Part shown: positions 35,716 through 41,324 of the stretch, piece after piece
Layout of the letters: each line of letters begins with the position of its first letter
How positions within the stretch are numbered: the stretch's first letter is position 1
NCBI GenBank assembly: GCA_037439545.1
Contig: JBBIVV010000020.1
Location: 1-41,324, forward strand
Direction: 5' to 3'
Source of the DNA: a bacterium
GTDB lineage: Bacteria; JAMCPX01
DNA: 41,324 nt
The notes under the pieces: model-generated
What the model was told of the DNA's origin: nothing
The model's database searches: none
Seen by the model: the letters and a program-made list of their open reading frames with translations, nothing else
Program-made: the position numbers and the translations under genes

Positions 35716-35874
35716 ATCTTTACACCTTTAAAAGAAATAAATAAGAGATCACGGCAAAAGTAAGTTTTTCAATTGATCGGTGTGTACCACAGTATAGTTT
35801 CTGAGACAATGATTATTTGGATTTTCTCCATGTGCAGGTGTCTTTATGCACACATAACGAGGAGAGCGTTACTA

Positions 35875-36249
35875 CTAAGAATCTTTAATTAATTTATATT
35901 TATTCAATATGCCCGGTATTTCTTTTTCACAAGACTGCAGGTCGATAAAGTCGTCGTACCCGTTCTGAATGAACAGCTCCCTCGTGTTTTCCGTCCCCTC
36001 CTGTACAAATGCTATTACCGGGACAGTGCGCGTGAGCGGATTTGTTTTGATAAGCGTTGTGAAAGTTATGCAGACAACACCGGGCGCATTTGCATCCATA
36101 AAGATTAGATCCGGGACAGAACTATGAATTATTCTCATAACGGAAAATATATTGTTTGCAGATAATACATTAAAACCACGCAATTCGAGCATGTCTCTGA
36201 GAGTATTTGAGGCTTTTTCATTATCACCCAAAATAAGTATTCTGATCAT
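35875..36249 (-). CDS. Single-domain atypical response-regulator receiver
   Basis: ILILGD, PDLIFMD, TRTVPVIAF, GYDDFI; conserved Thr/Ser and Lys are absent. Confidence 0.75.
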   Translation of the reverse strand: MIRILILGDNEKASNTLRDMLELRGFNVLSANNIFSVMRIIHSSVPDLIFMDANAPGVVCITFTTLIKTNPLTRTVPVIAFVQEGTENTRELFIQNGYDDFIDLQSCEKEIPGILNKYKLIKDS

Positions 36250-36274
36250 TTGACAGCATTCATATCATACAGGC

Positions 36275-36294
36275 ACTTACAGATTACTGACAGA
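36275..36294. promoter_or_regulatory. 11-bp-period direct repeat, candidate winged-helix (SARP/OmpR-type) binding site
   Basis: ACTTACAGA-TT-ACTGACAGA in the divergent promoter region between the receiver gene and the regulator operon. Confidence 0.4.
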
Positions 36295-36369
36295 AAAGAA
36301 AAATCTTTGATTTACATTCCATTTTAGTTTTATTGACAAAATTCGGATTGTGAGATTAAAAAAACAGTT

Positions 36370-36693
36370 ATGAACAAAAAGCAGATCATTTCATTTGTTT
36401 TTTTATGCTTTTTTATTCAGGGAATGACGAATTCTCCAGCGAGAATCGTTTCGTTATATTACACAAAGATCCAAACCAGCCAAACACTGACAGCATCTGT
36501 TCCAACCCATAATCAATACCGCACGTTGCGCAAACAAAAGAGATTGCAATATCCGGATAGAAATATTGGCATAAAAAATTATTTTCTATATCCTATTCAG
36601 GCATCTTCATACGCGTTTATTCATGTCCCTGTGTTCTATGTCCATTCTTATGGGTGCATAGACATCTTCATTCCTCCCCGATCAATAGCATAG
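36370..36693 (+). CDS. Hypothetical 107-aa protein with signal-like N-terminus and C-terminal IFIPPR motif
   Basis: MNKKQIISFVFLCFFIQG...DIFIPPRSIA; TTGACA at 36333; no clear RBS. Confidence 0.5.
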   Translation: MNKKQIISFVFLCFFIQGMTNSPARIVSLYYTKIQTSQTLTASVPTHNQYRTLRKQKRLQYPDRNIGIKNYFLYPIQASSYAFIHVPVFYVHSYGCIDIFIPPRSIA

Positions 36694-36781
36694 CTGTTGT
36701 GCGTCCAGGACATATTAAAAGGTAAAGGGTACGCGTACCGGTTTTTGCCGGCAATCATACATAAAGGGGGGGTGAATAAGA

Positions 36782-39700
36782 TTGCAGAATATTTCCTTTG
36801 CAAAGGTTACTAATCCAGTAATAGTTGAAGAGAATCTTCTTTTAAGAAAGAGATTATTTCATGAGCTTGATCGTGCAAGGGACAAAAGAGTTGTCTGGGT
36901 TACCGGGCTTCCGGGTTCAGGGAAGACAACACTTGTCGCAAGCTATTTATCGGGGAAAAAACTACCCTGTGCATGGTACCATGTGGACAATGGAGATGTA
37001 GATCCAGCAACATTTTTCTATTACCTCAGGTATATTATAAGGGACCCTGCAAAGCGTGTCCGGCTTCCTTTATTGACCCCTGAGTACCTTTTGAATATAG
37101 AAACATTTACATCCAGATATTTTAAAATCCTCTCAAGTATGCTTCCCCGGCATTTCATACTTGTGTTTGATAATTACCATGAAATTGGTCAGGATGCTTT
37201 TTTGCACAGACTGGTGAGTGAAACAATCATGAGAATGCCCCAGCAGGGGAATATCATACTGATCAGCAGGACAGAGCCCCCAGAGCCGTTCTCCATGCTT
37301 ATAACAAAAAGTATGATGGGAATAATAGGCAATGAGTCGATAAAATTTACACCTGAAGAAACGGCCATGCTTGTCCGCCGGCTTTCGGGAAAAAATCAAG
37401 GCAAAGAAACAATTCAAAGGCTTCAACATTGGACTGATGGATGGGCAGCAGGAATTATTCTAATGCTTGAACAGCATAAAAAGCAGTTGGAGATGCCAAC
37501 ACGAGACAGTTTCAGCAGCCGTGAATCCATTTTTAGTTACTTTTCTGCCGAGGTTTTTGACAGGATCAATCCGGAAATCCGCGATTTTTTGATGCGGACG
37601 TCTTTTTTCCCTTCGATGACAATCGAAATGGCCATGCGGATGACACGCAATCAATCATCCGATAAAATACTGGCCTATCTCATTAAATCACACTACTTTA
37701 CAATCAAACATCAGAATAATTCCTACAAGTATCATGACCTGTTCAGAGATTTCCTTTTATTGCGTGCAAAGTCACACTTCAATGAAGAAGAGCTGAAACA
37801 AATTCATCGACAGGCAGGAATAATCCTCCAAGCACATAATAAACTGGAGGATGCTATTGAAATGTTTCGCAGAGCAAGCGACTGGAAAGATGTCGAGAAT
37901 ATTATAAAAATCAGCGCGCAGGATTTAATATCCCAGGGGAGGAACAGCGTTCTTGAAACATGGATTAAGAGCCTGCCAGAGGAAGAATTAACTCGTGATC
38001 CTCTGCTTTTATACTGGCTTGGAGAAGCATCCGCACTCTTTAACCCTGTGCAGGGCAGGGCTTATTTTGAGAAAGCTTTTAAAAAATATCTTAGTAATAG
38101 GCGCAATTCTAAAGGTGTGACCCCCGTTAAGAAGTCCTTACATCACGGGGTTTACCTGTCATGGTGCGGCATTGTAGAAACTTTTTTTTATGAGTTCGGC
38201 AATTACCGGCAAGCAGAGAAATGGATTACCGCAATGGAGAAAATTATTGTTCATTACCGTAAGTTTCCTTCCAGGGAACTGGAGGCGCGCGTATTAAGCT
38301 TGATGGTGCAGGTCCTGACTTTCCAAAGACCCATGCATCCAAAAATTAAGACATGGGCAGAACGGGCTGTATCTCTTGTAGAATATATCAAAAACCCTGA
38401 TCTGCGTGCATATTATCTGTCTTATATAACAAATTACTATTCATGGACCGGCAACATCGTTCAATTTGATATACTTATCCATTTAATGAAATCAATAACC
38501 AGGCTTGAATCTTTACCCATAAAAACAAAGCTCCTTTACGAGATGTTTATGGCTGTGCATGCACGCCACCTTTCTTTAAAAGAACAATGCCTGAGTGCTG
38601 TTCACGAAGCCCTTGCCATAGCCGATGAGCACAGCGTTCATTTTTTTGATCACCTTATCATTGCACAGGCACTTTACCTTTTATTTGGATTGGGTGATGT
38701 ACAGAAAATAGAAGAATTACTGCAGATGATGGGGCCATTGGTGAATCAATCAAGCTTGCTTGAGGTAATCCAGTATAATTCCATGCTTGGATGGCTTGAT
38801 AAGCTTCACGGCAACATTCAAGGTGCGATTGAAAAGATCGAACCTTCCTTAAAGATGTCATTGCAAATGGGCTCACTATTCCCCGAAGTAGTAAACCGGA
38901 TTGCATTGGCAGAGTTATATTATATGCAGGGTGATTATAAAATAGCAGCCCGGTATCTCAGACGTTCCTTCTTCCTCAGCAAAAAAATGAGAAACTACAT
39001 GCTTGAGTATATGTGCGGTCTTTTACAGTCCGCATGGTTTCTGGAGGACAAGATCTTTAATAATGAGCGAAAAGGATTGCGGCTTTTAAAAAGAACAATG
39101 TCCCTTGGAAAAAAATATGACATTATCAACACTTTTGCGGAAACGAGACAGATCAGAACTAAAATGTGTCTGAAGGCACTGGAAAAAGGCATTGAAGTTC
39201 CTTATGTTCATAAGCTAATACAAAGGCTGGAGTTGTTTCCTGATCCACCACCCATAGCATACGAAAACTGGCCGTGGGCATTCAAAATTTATACGCTCGG
39301 AAGTTTTAAGATTTTTAAGGAGAGCAGGGAGGTAAAATTATCCAGAAATACCCGGTCTAAACCGATTGAGCTGTTACAGTTCCTCATTGTCAATCACGAT
39401 AAAACAGTCGAGCTTGATCAGATAAGCAGTGTTTTATGGCCTGATGCTTCGGGAGATTATGCTCATCAGACACTGGACACAACCATACACAGACTGAGGA
39501 AACTGCTTGGTTCCCATGATGCCGTATTCTCACAAGCAGGCAGGCTGTCACTCAATCCAGAGATGTTCTGGATAGATGTACTCGCATATGAACAACATCT
39601 TAAGGAAATAGAAATCATGCTTGACGAAAAGCGCAACACTGTGAAAGAAAAGCTCAAGACAGCAGCAGACGCTGTTTTTAATCTGTATAAAGGGCCTTTT

Positions 39701-40072
39701 CTTGCACAGCAAAAAATGCTGCCATGGACTATAACTTTCAGAGAAAGACTGCACGACAGGTTCACACAGTTTGTCGAACAGATTGGTGCGTATTATAGAA
39801 ACATAGACGATAATCGACAGGCAACCCTGATCTATAAAAAAGGAGTGGTGATAGACAACCAGACAGAAATATTTTATCAGCATCTTATGTCACTTTATAA
39901 GTCTTCGGGCCGGTATGCGGAGGCAGCTTCGACCTATAAACGCTGTGCAGCTGTGCTTTCCGAAACACACGGGATCGAACCGTCACTTGAAACAAAAGAA
40001 TTATACGAAAGCGTGAAAATATTGCAACGCACCAACAGAATGAAAGTGAAGAGGAGAAAAGAAACAGCATGA
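36782..40072 (+). CDS. MalT-like STAND ATPase-TPR regulator with C-terminal SARP-type wHTH and BTAD domains
   Basis: Walker A GLPGSGKTT, Walker B LVFDNYH, TDGWAAGI, YHDLFRDFL; C-terminal IYTLGSF, LWPD, TTIHRLRKLLG, WIDV, LYKGPFL, LMSLY, GIEPSLET; TTG start. Confidence 0.88.
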   Translation: MQNISFAKVTNPVIVEENLLLRKRLFHELDRARDKRVVWVTGLPGSGKTTLVASYLSGKKLPCAWYHVDNGDVDPATFFYYLRYIIRDPAKRVRLPLLTPEYLLNIETFTSRYFKILSSMLPRHFILVFDNYHEIGQDAFLHRLVSETIMRMPQQGNIILISRTEPPEPFSMLITKSMMGIIGNESIKFTPEETAMLVRRLSGKNQGKETIQRLQHWTDGWAAGIILMLEQHKKQLEMPTRDSFSSRESIFSYFSAEVFDRINPEIRDFLMRTSFFPSMTIEMAMRMTRNQSSDKILAYLIKSHYFTIKHQNNSYKYHDLFRDFLLLRAKSHFNEEELKQIHRQAGIILQAHNKLEDAIEMFRRASDWKDVENIIKISAQDLISQGRNSVLETWIKSLPEEELTRDPLLLYWLGEASALFNPVQGRAYFEKAFKKYLSNRRNSKGVTPVKKSLHHGVYLSWCGIVETFFYEFGNYRQAEKWITAMEKIIVHYRKFPSRELEARVLSLMVQVLTFQRPMHPKIKTWAERAVSLVEYIKNPDLRAYYLSYITNYYSWTGNIVQFDILIHLMKSITRLESLPIKTKLLYEMFMAVHARHLSLKEQCLSAVHEALAIADEHSVHFFDHLIIAQALYLLFGLGDVQKIEELLQMMGPLVNQSSLLEVIQYNSMLGWLDKLHGNIQGAIEKIEPSLKMSLQMGSLFPEVVNRIALAELYYMQGDYKIAARYLRRSFFLSKKMRNYMLEYMCGLLQSAWFLEDKIFNNERKGLRLLKRTMSLGKKYDIINTFAETRQIRTKMCLKALEKGIEVPYVHKLIQRLELFPDPPPIAYENWPWAFKIYTLGSFKIFKESREVKLSRNTRSKPIELLQFLIVNHDKTVELDQISSVLWPDASGDYAHQTLDTTIHRLRKLLGSHDAVFSQAGRLSLNPEMFWIDVLAYEQHLKEIEIMLDEKRNTVKEKLKTAADAVFNLYKGPFLAQQKMLPWTITFRERLHDRFTQFVEQIGAYYRNIDDNRQATLIYKKGVVIDNQTEIFYQHLMSLYKSSGRYAEAASTYKRCAAVLSETHGIEPSLETKELYESVKILQRTNRMKVKRRKETA

Positions 40073-41324
40073 ATGATACCATTGCAAAGGTAAATAGCCC
40101 TGTTATAGAAAATATTATTTTCAGAGAACGGCTATTCGATGTGCTTGATCGTGTAAGAAAAAAAAGGGTTGTCTGGGTTACCGGACTCCCCGGTTCTGGG
40201 AAGACAACACTCGTTGCAAGCTATTTATCGGCGAACAATGTTCCCCACGCGTGGTACCATATAGACGGTTCCGACGCAGACCTTGCGACTTTTTTTTATT
40301 ACCTCAGGTACATGGTAAAAGGATTGACGCCCTCAAAGCGATCGAGGCTTCCTCTTTTAACCCCGGAGTATCTTTCCAGTATAACCACATACACGCGCAG
40401 GTATTTTGAAACTCTATACAGCATGCTGACCGGACAATTCGTACTCGTATTTGATAATTACCAAGAGATAAACAGCAATCCGGTGTTTCATACCATTATC
40501 CATGAAGTATTGATGAATGTACCGCAGCACGTAAATATCATAGTGATAAGCAGAGAGCCACCTCCTCCGGCTTTCATCCGTTTGAGGGCTAATAGCAATA
40601 TGGAGCTCATAGACAATGAATCGATGAAGTTTTCGCCTGAAGAAGTTCAAAGGCTTATACATCTTCGCCTCGGGATAGATGCAGCGAGAGAAACGACGAA
40701 ACAACTGCACAGCTATACGGATGGATGGGCGGCAGGGATTGTTCTCATGCTCGAACAAAACAAACAGTACGAAAAACTGATCGCCCGGGAGGATTTAAAA
40801 AACAAACAAGCTCTGTTCAATTATTTTTCCACGGAGGTTTTCGACAGGTTACAGCCGGAAACGCGGAATTTTATGCTAAGGACATCTTATTTTCACTCCA
40901 TGACAATAAAGATGGCGGCTCAGATGACCGGGAATAATTTGTCGGGAGAGATTCTGAACAAGCTTGCCGAATCCTCCTATTTCACTATGAGGAATCAGAA
41001 CAATACCTACCGATACCATGACCTGTTCAGGGAATTCCTGCTTTCCGGGGCAAAAGATATATGGTCAGAGGAGCAGCTCAGGGGGATTCAGCAGCATGCA
41101 GCGAAGATATTGGAGAATGACGGATATATCGAGGATGCAACTGCATTATTCATGCAATCCCGAAATTGGCCTGATGCCGTAAGAGTGATTCTGAAACATG
41201 CACAGGTACTTGCTTTACAAGGGAGATATCAAACAGTAGAGACGTGGTTAAAAGGATTACCTGATGACATCGTTAAAATCAATCCATGGCTGATCTACTG
41301 GCAGGGTGTATGCAGGCTGCCGTT
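40069..41324 (+). CDS. Second MalT-like STAND regulator paralog, truncated by the window edge
   Basis: Read by hand: MNDTIAKVNSPVIENIIFRERLF...WVTGLPGSGKTTLVASYL...VFDNYQ...TDGWAAGI...YHDLFREFL; ATGA overlap with the previous gene; frame runs to the window end. Confidence 0.88.
   Translation, partial: MNDTIAKVNSPVIENIIFRERLFDVLDRVRKKRVVWVTGLPGSGKTTLVASYLSANNVPHAWYHIDGSDADLATFFYYLRYMVKGLTPSKRSRLPLLTPEYLSSITTYTRRYFETLYSMLTGQFVLVFDNYQEINSNPVFHTIIHEVLMNVPQHVNIIVISREPPPPAFIRLRANSNMELIDNESMKFSPEEVQRLIHLRLGIDAARETTKQLHSYTDGWAAGIVLMLEQNKQYEKLIAREDLKNKQALFNYFSTEVFDRLQPETRNFMLRTSYFHSMTIKMAAQMTGNNLSGEILNKLAESSYFTMRNQNNTYRYHDLFREFLLSGAKDIWSEEQLRGIQQHAAKILENDGYIEDATALFMQSRNWPDAVRVILKHAQVLALQGRYQTVETWLKGLPDDIVKINPWLIYWQGVCRLP

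Overview
Bacterial chromosomal window, most likely from a deltaproteobacterial-type lineage (Desulfobacterota/Myxococcota-like). This is inferred from the pgpA-thpR-recA-pilT-alaS gene order, a myxosortase-like CPBP protease and futalosine-pathway mqnD. About 45 CDS and one tRNA-Leu(UAA); no CRISPR, rRNA or intact transposase is visible. Housekeeping blocks: rpmB, alaS, pilT, recA, thpR, pgpA; and mutS, topA, dprA, ogt, bioD. Accessory parts: two exported phosphoesterase lipoproteins, two glycosyltransferases, an acyl-CoA ligase-sirtuin operon, a ketosynthase-less aryl-polyene-like mini cluster (ACP, two dehydratases, acyl ligase), and tandem MalT/STAND-SARP regulators. The most notable locus is an 11-gene sulfur-assimilation cluster at 27.9-34.8 kb: ThrC-like (possibly MetM-type) enzyme, CysM, Mec/JAMM protease, a MoaD/CysO sulfur carrier, rhodanese-less MoeB, DsrE- and DsrF-like proteins, APS reductase, DsrE2, TusA and Bcp. 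The carrier's Gly-Gly is internal and is followed in frame by a whole NIL-like domain. I infer a cleavable carrier-sensor precursor that may feed both cysteine and homocysteine synthesis. Other findings: a ~110-bp nested-palindrome repeat in three copies, and two 38-aa basic ORFs plus an edge-truncated regulator that the ORF track lacks. All family assignments come from recognising motifs by eye, without database searches.
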